Shown: positions 24,701 through 39,700, numbered from the stretch's first letter. The stretch is DNA of 64,000 nt from Phoronis australis (GCA_002633005.1 NMRA01000370.1:62001-126000), one strand, 5' to 3'. The notes: generated from the letters alone by a model not told the origin. Numbers and translations are program-made.

Positions 24701-27700
24701 AGGACTCCAGTCAACGCTTCAGGCAAAGCCGAACTTTCAAAGTGCCAAAGTTTTGTCAGTTTCCCACTCATCCAGAGATCACCAGAATTAGAAAACCTGC
24801 CATGAGTTTACGGAAACTTCGTCAATTTATTGCAAATCCTTCCCTTTATGTGTTTTTACAATTTTTATAAAGTTTGCATAATGTTTAAAAAAATTGAGCA
24901 AAAAGGGGAACTAGGAATACATTACAGCAGCTATCAAACCATCAAGTGTTGTTTGGAACATAATCTTAGAGGAAAATGGTAAATGTTCTCCTGTAACTCA
25001 AAATGGTGTTTTTCTACGGCCACCGTTCGAGCAAGACTTCAAAATGTGATACACGATATTTTGAAATTGATTTCATCAATTTTAACTGTTGGCATGTTTC
25101 TGACAGTGTCAAAACCAAGTCGGAATTTTTTTATGTCAAAGTTGAATATAAATGAAAACAAAATGAATGGTAATTCAAAAAACGTTTTTGAGCTTACATC
25201 CTTGAACATTTACATCAAACAAATTTAGTCATGTTAGAGGTCACGCTATTTTTCTGACAGTGAATGTAGCTTTCTTTTCTTGGAAATTTTATTGAAAAGA
25301 TGTGATCACGTGACCCAATTGATCATTTGGCCCAATCAATAGCAAATTAGTCAAAAATCTAATTCTACAGGCTTTCTGCTTTCAGGAAATATTTTGTTTC
25401 CATGGTTTCAAGTCTATAATTTTGTAGGTGTTTGGCTAAATATACAGACTTGTGGATAAACTCCTACATAACCTAAGTAATAAATATACAAATAAAAATA
25501 TGTGTATGAATAGACTCATGAGATGCTGACTGCTACATGTATACACAGACTTGTGGATAAACTCCTACATAACCTAAGTGATAAATATACAAATAAAAAT
25601 ATGTGTATGAATAGACTCATGAGATGCTGACTGCCACATGTAAGTCTGATTGGATTTCTGTGTTCGATCGGTGGTCTCGATGGCTCATTGGACTAGAGTG
25701 TCTGTACAGTAGGTACCAGGTTTGAGTCACACTCGGGGCAGAAATCTTTTCAGACTTGCATTCATAGTGATGTGGCCAACAGGTGGCTTGCAGACTAAAC
25801 TAAAAAAAGTTTGTGAGACAAGTGACAGTGTTGAACCCATTACCTCCTGTTTACTTTTTGTTTGGTTGAGCCCATTAAATGTATAGTAACCATGACCCAA
25901 TAGGTTACTGCCATTTCCTGTTTTTGACTCCCTGAAGTTTTTTAACCCAAACGTCGGACTGTAAGAAATCATGCATCAGCTTCTGATGTCTGGTTTTACA
26001 ACTGGTACGTATTGGTCTTTTTTCAGAAATTTGTATATGCAAAAGTTGGCAAGGACGGTAAGAAAATACGCACCACCGTAGCGTTGTACCATTTGCCGCG
26101 ATTTTACGTCAACCGCTTGTCACACAATTTGTCGCAGGCGCAACGCATTATCAAACTGTTGAGTGACAAACCGGACAACGTCATGCTAGCTGAAGATGTC
26201 TTAGAAGCCCTTCCGGTAGGTTGATCATAGTTTCCCTTATTAATTCATCAAGTCTTGTGATGTTTGCCTGCCTGTTTTATTCAGTAGTCGGGTTTTAGCA
26301 CAGAGGTTTGATTTACTCAGCATTTTTTGGAGACTGAGAAATACCTGCTATTGAATTGAAGCAATTAAATTTAGAAAGGTTGGCCAACCCTGTGATTTTG
26401 TATTAAGTCATTATCTCAAGAAAACTTTGAAACCAATAAGAACTATTCAGTTTAAATGTTTTTTCACGTAGCCAAAAAAGAAGGAACATTGCACATGTTG
26501 GTGTTAAGATTGATGCAGTGTTTATTTTTTCTATCCTCAGGAAGAGAATAACGCCTCCCTGAGAAAGATCTGTAGTTCCAGTTCGTCTGGCCTGTCCATC
26601 ATTACCAGGACAGTCAAAGAGCTCTACCCAGAGGCCACTGATGAGTATGCTCAATGTTTTTTCTCTAAAGAGATAGAAATAGGAAGCTGGTGTAAATTAC
26701 GATTCATCCGGGTCCAAGTTGTCAAATTTACCACTGTTGTGCAGATGTTGAAACGATTCATGTAAATAGTTCAACATGGCAAAATTGGCCCGCCATTGTG
26801 CACACTGTGCAGATTGAAAGTGGATTAGGCAAAAGCCTCTTTTCTGCTTTCACAACACTGAAGAGTTGTACATGGCGAGTTTACCTTTACACCACAGTAA
26901 ACTTTCTCTAGTCTCATTCGTTATTTGTCACTGCTGTTGTTTAGTAACTGATTCACTTGAGGACAGATATTGGCTATGACAGGGATAAGGTTTAAGCAAA
27001 ATTTATTTTGACAAAAAATGTCATCTCTTTTTAGCGTAAAAGATAAAAAGGTGAGGCTGGTGAAACTGCTTAAAGAACGTATTCAAGATGACGAAGATTC
27101 CGATTCGGAAGGTAAGACTAAAAGTATCGGCTTTGACCAGACTTGTAATCAGTAAAATTCACTGTACCTTTCTGATTTTATTACGAATTGCCAATTCTTA
27201 CCAATGTCTGTTCAGCTTTCACTGAAATGGAGCTTGGTGACTATATTTGTCCGGTTATGTACTCTTAAACTACTCAGCCATTTAGCAACTTGGTTTTAGC
27301 TCTGCCAGCAGAGTGTTACACTGTGACCACTGGAGTTGCAGGGTTGATACAGCAATAAGCTGATCTCCAAACATTGCTTTTTCCACTAATAATGTCCTTT
27401 TAAGGTTACGTTCTTTAAGTCTGCTCACTTTTTCTAAAAAATAACAGTACATTAACAACCTGTATTTGAGTGTACATTTTCTGAATTTCCTAAAGTCTCC
27501 GATTATTCAGTCAGCAACAGCTTACTGATATTGTGCTAAATAGGCAGTGCCTGACCCAAGGGATACTCATCTAATGACGCGGAGTGCAGCTGGATTTATA
27601 GGTTATCTGTCCATTTAGAGATTAAAAGTCAAAAAATGGGACCCAATTATTTTGAGCTTGTGTGAAAAAGTCAGCCTTTTGTAGAATATTGTTTGTTGTA

Positions 27701-30700
27701 TGGCTCCCTCTTTTAGATATTCATTTCACTAACCTAAACCTTCCAGAGTGATTCTTGGACATCTGTCTTTAAACATGTGTCTTCTTGGAACACTGTATTA
27801 GAAACCCTTCTGCGCATTTTTGTGGTTGGAAAAAAGAACATTTTTATGGAGTTTCAACTTCTGAAGTGTATTCTTTCATAGGAACTTGCGTCAAAGGAGG
27901 CATTCTTCTCGTAGAAAATTTTGTAAGAGAAAGCGCCCTGTTATAGGTAAACAGAACCCATAGCCTAATCGCTGTACTCTAAACTCGAATCGAAAATTGA
28001 TTTTATTGCATGTAAAGCTTGGGTCTAGCAAATTTGTACTCAAATCATGCGGGCAAGCATGATTGGGTGAATTTTGAGTCAGAGTAACGTTTGAGTTTGG
28101 AAATTATGTGCTGTACTCTTAGTCTTCAAAACGTTGCCCAGGTCAGTTGTATGTTGAAAATCTTTGCTTGTATCGATTTCAGAATCTGTTTCCTCAATGT
28201 TCACTACAACTTTGAATCGTCCCTATGTCTATCACCTGCTCGAATGCCTGGAGCAGAGAGGTCCGGAGGGCATCCCTTCATTCGACTTTACAAATGTGTT
28301 TGGAGTCAATTACAACTTCGCCCGACTCATCAGGAAGTTTTTTTGCCGCTGCCCAGACTTGGTGCAGAGCAAGACAGTCGACCACAAGAAGACATGGAAT
28401 ACTCTGTAAGTCGGTAGTAAAGAACCAAAACCTCAAAGATTGATTCAACGTTCGCCATTACAAACTCGTACTTTTTTGGCATGGAACCTTGTTCTTCATG
28501 AATGGATTTTGTTATCATTCGGCAGAACATTCTCTCTATTACAAGTCTCGCCACTTAGCTTTCTACCCACCTAAGGGATCAGTGATTCTGAGTAAGGACT
28601 ATGCTTAGACTGATTTTATCATTGAAGGTAAATTACCTTATGGTATCAAAAGTTGGTTGTTGACTGAAGGCAACACTGAAACATTCAGTGACTCAGGAAA
28701 CACTGCAGATTTTATTTGTGTTGGCCAGCTCTCAAATTGAAAATGGTGCATGTACGCAATGTCTTTCTCTTGAAATGGTAACTCTGCTCATGGCAGGGAA
28801 TTTTATTTCATGAAAGTATATGGTCTAATTTTTTCATTTTTAGCCAGCTATACACTCGGGGTAAAATGAAGCTTTAACGTTTTGTTGTAGTGAGAACGGG
28901 CTTTAATAGATTAGTCATTTTGTATAATAGTTTGCTTGCAACTACGTATTTGTTTCTCTTGTTTCAGTTTCATATCAAAGGCTTGCGGAAATGTTAATGT
29001 CTGTGACAAAGTGAAAACCATGCTGGACAACTTCCAAACATCCACCACAGGTAGGTTTACAAAGCTGCCGGTAGATGGCATTGCACTCAGCAGCATTTTC
29101 TCACATGTCCCTGTTACATCTGCATGGAGTCTGGAAGTCAATGACTCAGCAGCATTTCATGCTCCATAACAGACAATAATAGATTATCTTTTGCACATAA
29201 TGTTATCATATTGCCTTCTCTTATGTATTAAGGAAAGGATGGGTTTTAATTTAAGATGTTTTCGTCATCATTAAAGCTCACATATATTTCATTCTTATGT
29301 CCACAACAAGTCCCCTAATTTATAAAAAAATGCTTTTTCAGTATCTCTAAGAAGCTTTGCATCTTATACTATTATTTTATCTTTAACTCCAATTGTTATA
29401 GTCACAACCCAAATTCAACTCTCCTCTTGTGAAATTAGAAAAGTGCATTAAATTTATGATTGACCTAGTGTTCAAAAAATTAAGCCTTTTAACCTGTACG
29501 TGCTCAGACGGACACGAAAAGAACGATATATTTTGTCCCACCCAGGTTATCGTTTTTTGATATCTGAACAGGAATGCACAGTAACTGTAAAAGTTTTGAA
29601 TGTCGAATATTTTTTTCTGTAAAATACTGATTAACACTGCCGTTGTTTACAACTTTGGGACGAGTCCCTTACTGAGGTGCGGCAGTGTGGGTAAATATCT
29701 CAGAATTAGGAATGGCGCTGTGGTATTTTGGAATATGACTTTAATGCTTTGTGTGGATTTCATGTCGTTTTATTATGCCATTAGATTCAAGTGCTGGTGA
29801 AGAGCCACCAACTACAGTCAAGAAGAAGGGGCCGAAGAAGACTGCACAAAAGTCGAACATTGAAGAAGTTTTCAAACACACGTTGTTTCAGAAAAACCAT
29901 TGTGAGTGTTGCAGATGTCTGACAGCGTTCCTCTAATGTTTTATTTCAAATGTGCTCTAAAGTGTACAGTGGGTGAGCATTTGGATTTGCTCACTTCAAA
30001 ACTGCTTATAAGTGTATATGGGGTTACTGAGATGCTGAAACAACAGGTGTGATTGCAATCTGAGAATGTGTGTGAGGGTGAATCCCATTGGAATATTGTG
30101 TTATGGCCAGAGACTCTGAACATGCTCTCTCAGCACAGGTGTAGTGTATATTTTTTCATCCAGTTTGCAGGAACGTGCCTCGTGGACAGTTGCTTGTATT
30201 AGTCTAGGTAACCCATACGTGAAGAATTTTGACTATAACTGTTGAGAAAGTTATTGTGTTGGTGACCTTACTGGATTCTTTGTAAGCCAACTTTCTACGA
30301 AGTGTAGCAAGGCACAAGTTGCGATCAGTTTGACAGGGTCATGATCTTGAAACTCGAGCAATAATTGGCAGAGTTCGTTTGCATAGTACTTTTGATTAAG
30401 TCACTGCCCGCTAATGGTCTGATATAATGTGCCCAAATTTTGAGAACCAGTTTAATGCTTGTTATTTAGTGGAGAAAACTGGTTCTCAAAATTATATATC
30501 AGACTATTACCCACTGCCCGGCTCGCTGAACTCAGAGATCACGTCTGCAAAATAGGACATATTGTGTTTGCTGTGAAAACCGACTTTTTACGCACTGTTC
30601 ATTTAATCCGTGTTGGTGACAGAGGAAATATTTTAACTGTTCACACACTTGGTTGTAGCCCTGACTGACATAAGGTTGAGGCGAATGGGACTGACCTTAG

Positions 30701-33700
30701 ACACAGTGAAGAAGGAAGGGTTCATTGAGAAAACTTTGTTATGGAAGGTAAATACGTACAGGTCAAAAGTATTCAGACAAAACAACCTCTAATTTTCCAT
30801 CATGACGGCTAGACGGAAGCCTAATTCATCTTCAGAGTTGCCTTCCATCATGGCCAAGAATGAGCGGAGTTAACAGGAAAGTTAAAGGTGGCTAAGCCAT
30901 TCTGTGATTAGAATTTTTGCCGCCCTAAGTTTTTACCAGACAGTCTTTTTCGCTGTTGATAGAGTTAGCCGTCATGATAGGAAATGGTATTTTGTCTGGT
31001 TGGTTATGTCTTGTGCTGTAATATGTTACAGCAACGATGAGTCTTGGCAATGCAGAGTTGAAGACTGTATGTAAAATAACGATGTTATCTTAAAGCTGCA
31101 CTTTAAATTTATTATTTACTGCTAATTTGTTGCTATGCGCAGTTAAACTCACCTTAAAAATACCCTTTCTTTGACACCTAAATGCTCTGTATGTTTTTCG
31201 TGGTAGTGAAAATAAAATCCCATTGTCTTGGTAAGGATATTTTGACCTTGATTTATGCAGTCATGCACATTGTTTATTCTTTATTTAGATTTTCTAGGCA
31301 ACTAAACATTTTGTAACAGATGCTTTAATATAACTTGTTTAATATTTAAAAATCAGATTCCAAGTGCCATGTTACAGATATCTGGACAGTATTTGTTTAC
31401 ATGAAATAAATTTTAGTAAATGGCGAAAGTTTAGAATTGCTACCAGAATTGTCTTATAGAATTATCACCCTCCCAAATCAAGGATTTTTTTTCTATTTAT
31501 TATGGTTTTTGTATAATGTTTCATGGCTGTTGGAGAAACGGCATTTCCGTTGAGTTTGGCATTATCACACTGAGCAAAGTCAGAAGGAAGTGACGTCACA
31601 TGAATTCATGTCTAATCTTAACCCTGTTGCTAACTGTAACCCTATCCATCCCTCACGCTAACCCCAAACCGTAAACCACCTAAAACTAAACTCTCTGGTG
31701 TGACGTCATTTCCCTCTGTTTTCTGATTCTGCTCGCCTTGATTATGTCGAACTTGTTTCTGTTCGTCATCGGCTTCCATGATGGTTTTTCAGCGAATCCG
31801 TCAGGATGACCAGAAGAACAACGTGACTGAGGTCATGTGTCGTAAGTCACTGAACTCCTTGTTGTCAGCCATGGCACAAGACAAGCTCATTAAGGTGGTC
31901 AACAAGACATTTGACCTCGAGCACAAACATCACAATGAGGTATAGTTACTATGGCAACACTAACACTTCATTTAAAGTGACATGATAGATGGCAATGTTG
32001 TTTACTTGAGGTCAGGACCAAGACGTATTTGATGCCACGACCTCAGCGGTCACAGACCAACACATTCAGGGCTTGGAATTTTCCACGGAGACGCGGATTT
32101 CCGCTTTTTTCAAATGTGCTTTCCGCTTTTTTTATAGTATTTCCGCGTAAAAAAATTGGATTTGATATAAAATTTCCGCGGCAAATTCCTTTCTTACCGT
32201 GGCGTTGCCGACGACGTTCACCTCGAAAAGCGGAAGTTGCTCTTTATGTTTCGGAGGAACGTAAATTGTCAACATTACCGGGGCATCTGGGACAGCTGGG
32301 ATTTTCAATGGCGTCTCGTGTTATTGTTAAACGCGGTGACAAATACTACCGCTCTGCAGCCAAAAATGTGTGGGTTGGGAGTGGACGGGCGAGCTAAAAG
32401 GATGCAGACGCGTGCTACTGGTGGTGGTAACGTTTTTTTTATTTAGTCCTCCCGATTTTTGTCGGGAAAAGGGTCACATTGACCATTTCAGGGCTGGTTA
32501 TCGGGCATGATTTGGGCCGTACAAGTTTCAAAGTTTCCGCGTTTTTTGTCATTGGTCATTCCAAGCCCTGACATTGCTATTTGAGCATAGAGCCACTGCA
32601 TTAAGTGGCTATGTCTTTTTAAGCATATTTTATTGATAAAGTCAACGGCCTCAATTTTGTTTAATTCTACCAAATAGCTGGAAGATTTTGGTGGGGGTTT
32701 TCAATTTTTAATAAAATCATAAAAATACAAACTCGGATGTTGCTTTTTTACAGCTTACGTTAAAGTTTAGAACTTCAAGATGTCTATCCTGTAATAATCC
32801 CAAAACTGTGGGGGGTTCGGTTCTAAACCCAGTTGTGTCCTCTTAAACAGGATAGGGCTTTAAGTAAGTGCCTTGTGAAGTTTTCCAATTATCATGGTAG
32901 AAAGCCAATCTCTGAAAAATACAAAATGCTAAATTTCAAGAATGGTGTGAAGCAAACTATTGCTCTGTGTCTGAATGGACTTTAATTTTCAATTTGTGCT
33001 CGGATTTCATTCACGGTTGCCGTGCTCTTGTATCTGAATGTTAATAATAATTGCATCTATCTGCTGCCTTGAACCCAACTTGTTACTGTGTTAGCAATCG
33101 CATTATAGTACTTGTTTTGGTCTGAATACTGGATTTGATGGAGCACACTGGATTGGTGGTATGATGAACATCCAAAGCCAGATATTTCAAACACTGATCG
33201 TTTAACAATCGTGCTGTTGACATCTATACGTAACTTGTTGCTCAGTTTTTGAATGTCACGACATACGAATCTTGACTGCTTTATTTTTTTCCTATTTCAT
33301 TCTAAAATTTTGTAGTTTAATTTTCTGTAATTTATCCCAAGCTGGTATGTCATCTGTTAACCTCTCTTGCAAATATTAGTCTAATGCTTTGAGTCTCTGA
33401 ATTAGAAATGTTTGAGAGTGGCTTCAACAGAATTAATGAAATGCCATCTGGTTACAAACCCTGCACCTTGTTGTAAAAATGCAATAATGTGAATTCTATG
33501 CCTGCTGTGCCTGTTATGCTTAACAGTCAGCAACCATTAATAAATTGCGACTCATCTCTGGGTAACTGTATGAAAGGCTTTCCACGAATCAACCATATTA
33601 TTGCACGTCTGTCGTGTTGCAGATGATGGCTAACAGGATTATCAGTAAAATGTTCATTACGCATTACAGGCACTGAAACACCGCATCTTCTTAAAAACTT

Positions 33701-36700
33701 TGGTTTTCTTTTCAGATTTCATTTGTATGTGGTTTGTCTATATCAGACGAAAATCCAGAGTTTTCCAAGTACATTGATAATGTGAAACTGCAGAGGGGAG
33801 TGTCGTTCATGAACACAACTCTGAAGTACAGTAAGTCTAAGGTGAGTACACCAGGACTAGGGCTGTGCATCATTAAGTATTATCAGACAACAGCGGCAGC
33901 ATTTTACATCCTCTGAAATTTCTCAGTTGTTTTTCAGATGAGCATGGTTGATGTTGATTTTATGACAGGTCGAGTTACTGTGGTGTCCTCTTGCGGCAAT
34001 TAAGGTTTTCTCTGCTGGTGTTATACCTCAAAGTGTACCACAGTCTTTGGACATGTGTAATTTCTTGAAATTTGCCAAATAGTTTTCTATTAAGTAAAGA
34101 CGAGTACTTGTTTCATTTTTTGATAGTTTCGATGTATTCAGCACCCCCTTGTGGCATTTTTTGTTTTGGTGTTTGCTGTTCTGTCCACAAAAGTTCTAGA
34201 AGGGCCATTATGAAGTTGAGCTTCTATTGAGGTGATCGCGACTGTCATATGGTTTAAGACTGGTTTGATTACTGTGGCCCCTTCTACAGACAAATTTGTT
34301 TTTGTCTGTGCCTCGGTATCTACAAAATTCCTAGATGGATATTCATGAATTCGGTATTTGTGTTCTAGTTGAGGAGAATGCACCTGACAATGATTTTGAA
34401 ACGAGTCCGACATCTGTGGTGTCCCCTAGTGGTAGTTAAGGCTAGGTTTGCGTAATGTTTTTTATCAACCAAATTACTTGATGGTTGTTGACGAAACATT
34501 GGCCAATATGTTGCTATCAGCAAGGAGATGAAAGCGCTTGCTTTGTTCAGACAAACTAGACGTATGCTACTGTCCCCTAGTGGCCTTTTTATTTCACATT
34601 ACATAGTAAACAAGCATGCCATTTGTGGTGCAGCTGTGGGCATATTTCAATGCTTTCAATTGCTCTTCTTTTGTAATGTCAATAGCGTAATTTTGTGAAG
34701 ATTATGCAGTACCTTATCTACAAGCATGCATATTTAGCCAAATGTCTACAAAACTATAGATTTCTAACTATGTAGAAGTACGTGATTTTTGAAATTAGAA
34801 AGCCTGTAGAATTTGATTTTGGGCTTTTTATCAATCTTGTCATTAGTTGAGTCAGGTGACACTGTCTGCAGTAAAATTTAGCAAATATGAAAGGTACATC
34901 GATGCAAAAAATATAGTATCAATAACATGACCATGCTGTACAGTTTTCTAAATTTTAATTCCTTTTTTACAATTTTTGTATTTTTTCAAATCATAAAAGT
35001 TCTGTTTTTGATATTTCCTCATACAAAAGTGGAACGTTTTTAAAAATATTTCCTAACAGCGTTTTGGAGAACATTCTGTAAAGTGTAGTATTAACTGAAG
35101 ATCTCATTTGAATCTGATCACCTTTAATGAGATGTGATGGTCCAAAGTTGGCCAAAATTGGTCATTTTTCAAGCTCTTACATATTAATACGGTATCATTT
35201 CAGAGACCACCACCAGTGCCGTTGCCTGAAGTTGTCATTGACAATGTGAGTACATAGCATTTTTGGAAATTTCCAGAAATATTTTGTGCATCCACTTTTT
35301 ACAATCTTTGCAGTTCGTTATTAATTCATTAACTCTTAACAATCAATACATTCAGATGCTCATTCATTCAGTTACTCATTACAATCATTCATATGTTCAG
35401 TCAGTCATTCATTGCAGCCACTCAGTTGCTTATCCATTCATTCGTACATTCATTCAGTTGTTCATAGATTACTCTATCATTACAGTCATTCATTTGTTCA
35501 TACAGTCAATCATTACAGTCATTCAGTTGTTCATACAGTCAATCATTACAGTCATTCAGTTGTTCATCCCTTCAAATAAGGGTAGACAGCTGATGGAGTT
35601 ACTGAATGCATTATTGGTCCTGGTTACTTAATGGTTTATATTCATTTCTTCTTGTCTGGAAATTTTCAATCCACTTTAAAACACTTCTGCTCAACTGCCA
35701 AATAATTCTGGCAAAAAGTTCGTCCATTAGCTGCGTCTGACAGAGTTTTGCTGAAGTCTTTATAAGGTAATTATTCACCTATTTAGCGAACAGTTGAAAT
35801 TTTTTTAAAATATTTCAGCCGAAATAAATTTTTAATGAAATACCATCATCTTGGTTTGTACTGTCTAGACGCCATTAAACAACATTTGACTAAGTTTCTA
35901 TTATTGCAGCAAGTTAATTAATCTTTGGAAAATAGAAAACAAAATTTTGCCAATTATTTTTGTGCAAGCTAAGTGAAGAATTATGGACTGTAGTGTATTC
36001 TGAAAACTTCTGTTCCTGTTAATGAGCTGGTATAAACCCACCCTGGTGTGATCAATACCTATAATTTTTAGTCAAAGCCCATAGCATATGGCTACCTGCC
36101 CAAGTTGCCGAGGACAGAACTGGTGCACAAGGTACTGTTCTATCTATACTTTGAGCACCCCTGCCGAGAGACAGGGCCAGTCGAGTCTGAAAAGGACAAA
36201 CCTTACGTCTATGTGGATGACGACACGTACAAGCGATTTATGGCCCCAATTCCACTCCAAGGTATGATTTCAGAAACATTACGTGGTTTTAGTGCTTGGT
36301 GACTTAGTGACTTAAAGCGCTATGTACAAAGCCATGAGGTAGAGGTGTTCAATTTCTTCTCTTAATGCTATGTACAACCTTAATGAGACATCTTTGAATT
36401 TAGTCAAATATCTACAGAACTTTATTTTCTGAATGTAGGAAGCCTTCAGAATTTACTGCCGTTAATTGATTCATGTGACCATGTCTTTAAAGTAAAATTT
36501 AACGAAAAGGAATCCAGGTACATTGATACCAAAATAACGGTATCCATACATTGACCAAATTTTGTTTTGATATAAATGTTCAATGGTTTCCTGTGCATAA
36601 CTCTTACGTGGTCAGGACTGGGTATTTTCTTGCATTAACACCAGATGGCGTGATAGCTAGCTGACTGTTTAGTTAGGAAACCACCACTTGGTTCTCTGTA

Positions 36701-39700
36701 CATTTTTTGTAGCTTAAGTTTTAGTGTATAAGACTCTTAGGTGAAAGTTCAAGCATAAATTCTGGTCAATGACAAGGCACTATTACCTGTCAACAATGTT
36801 GTCTGGCATTGGAGGCGTTGGGATAGCCAATCGGAGTTCATGAGTCTCTAGTCTAGGTAAATCTGTGGAAGAGTCTGTGGTTATATAGACCATATTAATG
36901 ATCACGTCATTTCAGAGAAGCAAGGAAGAGATGGTCCAATCTGGGTCTCACAACTGGTGGACATTGTTAATGCTCTACCCCTGTCCATCTTTGTTCAGAT
37001 CGTCAGGGTCAACCATCAGGTATTATATGACTGTTCTTCTCAGTGTTTATTAGGAAACGGCCATTCAGTGCTATCTTGTTGTTGGACAATGCTTCTAGGC
37101 ATTACATGCATGCACCCAGCCTAAAAATTTAGGGGGCTGAATTTTTGAGAATGTGGACCTTTTACTAAGATTCACGGGGTATGTTCAGAGTGCTGAATTT
37201 TGGTCGTCCCTGCCTTTTTAGCAGACTTTTGTCTTGTTTTCTACTTTTTTAGAGTTTTTGCCCACTTCGCCAAATGAGGAAGCTCGTTCGATCCCCCCGA
37301 GCCACCCCTGGGTGTACCAATCCATTAAACGGTGTCTTCGTCCACCCTTGATATCACCAGAGTTGATCTAAACTCCTATTGTGTTGTGCAGGGCAATTAT
37401 TACGTTATCAATGTCTTCGCAGCATTAAAATACTGGATAAAATAAATTGAAATGTCAAGGGCAGAAACTGGTAATTTTTAACATGTTTGGCTTCTGAAAT
37501 TGAATTTTCTCGTGATTAGTTAGTTTTGAATCCTTTTTCGCGGAAAAAATATGATGAAATTAGCCACAACACTGTGATGTGTTTTTATTTGTTTACAACA
37601 ATTTTGAATCGATGTGTGTTTACATTCATTCAGCGTGATAGATAATTAGCATTTTGCATCGTGACATCAGACAAAAGACTGAGTCTGACGATTAACAAAA
37701 GAAAGATTGATATCAGGCCTCTGGAATATATGGGATTTAGTTGTATGTGTTCTTTTGTGATTGTGTTGTTGCTTAAAGCCACAAACTGCTGGATTAATGC
37801 AGCAGTCACGCCATCTATTGATCGAGCGAGGAATCGATCTTTTAATACTAATAGTCATATTGCTTTTTGGTCATGAATGAAATGGCATTGTTAAGTCAGA
37901 TCATTGATTTCTGTCCCAAGTTGTAATGCTTTGTCAGTAATTCACTTCTAGTGTGGTGGGGAGCAAGTTGAGACCTGTTTTAGAAATTCTAAAACTAGTG
38001 TTTTTGACATTAAATTGTCATTGTCGCCAAAGTGGAGGATTTTTTACATACTCAATACACTCAACATTGAGTCAGTAGATGGCACTAAGGTTCTGCTCCG
38101 TTCCAAATATTGTTGTCAAACGACATGTCAATTACCAGGTTTTTTAAAGACAATCATTTAAATCACTCTAGGAATTACCGATGATTTCTACTGATGGCGA
38201 TATTTGTTAGCTTAATTGTGCCGCTGTATTATATTGAATTGTAACTCACCTGTGGACTGTTTTGTCTCAGGTGGACGGACTTTTAGACTACCTCACTGAC
38301 CCGATTAAGAAACACTATCCGCTGCCATACCTTCCTGCGGACATGGTCAAACTACTGCTGTATGCCAGGAAAAGCATTTACTGCGTACGCAACACAATGA
38401 TAACTCTGTGTCAAATGGGGCTTCTCACCTTTTGCCAAGGCCCCTCTGCAGTGTTGTGTGAACAGGTGAGTCATGTCACAGAACACAAGGTGGTGCGTTT
38501 TTCTCAGCTCAATCTCGACAATCTCACCACTGCTGTCAACAACTGCAGTCATAGTTACAGCTTATGAAATAGAAAAATTTCAAAAAAGTTGAGTTAACTA
38601 CTCAGCTGAATTTTAAAGCAGCATTTTGCCCTGTTTATCAGGCTAATAGGCGAAAATCAATGTATTGAGCCTTTTACTCTGACCTGTAAAATTGGTGTAT
38701 TGTAATATGCCTTTCTGTCATAGGATTCTATTTCGTACGCATTGCCGATGACTTGAGTTGGTAACGCAAAAAAATCCTGTCACAGAGAACGTTGTGAGAT
38801 TGGTTTAATGAAAGTAAAATGTCTGTCTATTTTATGTAAACAGGGCAAAATGCAGATATATGATTTAGTGTTATTTTTGTCTGGTTTCCTAAGTATATAG
38901 TTTTTAACAATAACTTTAAATTTAGGAATTTACTGAAATTTTGACAAGATTGTTAAACTTTAAAAAAAATCAAATAATTGTCCAAAATTATTATTTAAAG
39001 TTTGTTGTAGACGGAATTGATAGATAAAAAATGCTGACCTGGTATTCGAAATTGAACATTAGTTGCGCCTGCTTGGTGGCAGAAGTCGCCTGTCATGTAA
39101 AAGAATTGACTGATTCAATGACACTTTATTCAGAATTTTTACCCCAGCTCTTTGCACCCAAGGGAGTAGTCTTGTCATTAGAGGGTGTCTTGTCGATACC
39201 TGTGTAAACCATTCAGGTAAAAAGCTGTAAAACCAATGGGTATACAGACTGAGCATGGTTAAATAATAAAGACCGAATGTTCCCAGCATTTCAATGTTTG
39301 TTAGATGCGACAGGTAGCCATTACAGAACCAGTTATAATGGCTTGAAACATTAGATTTTTGTCAAATATTTTCAACTTGCATGGTCTTTTTCATTTAATA
39401 GGTTTTTGTCTTGTACATGTTTTTATATTACTTTCTGGCTAAGTTTGAAAATAATCATTATAGATGTTTGAAGCGTACTGAAATTTTCCTGAGATGATTT
39501 GCATTTTGCAAATGTTATTCACTTTAATTTGCCTTTAGTTTTAATTTTGTTTTTGTTAATTAGCATTTGGTGTACCTCCATCGCCATACCACATTGCTCG
39601 ACACGTCAGCAGAACCTGACGCAGATGACACATACAACCCAGAAACTATGGGGTTCCCACGGAAGACTTACTCGCTGAACTCATTCGCTGACCTTGACAA

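Noticed and set aside
30459-30658. ORF 30459-30668 or acceptor at 30469 as a GTF3C1 exon
   Set aside because: The required phase hits a TAG stop; acceptor at 30658 gives the homologous peptide
32029-32446. ORFs as a transposase
   Set aside because: Short, no DDE/BED motifs; lie in a 504-bp non-autonomous element
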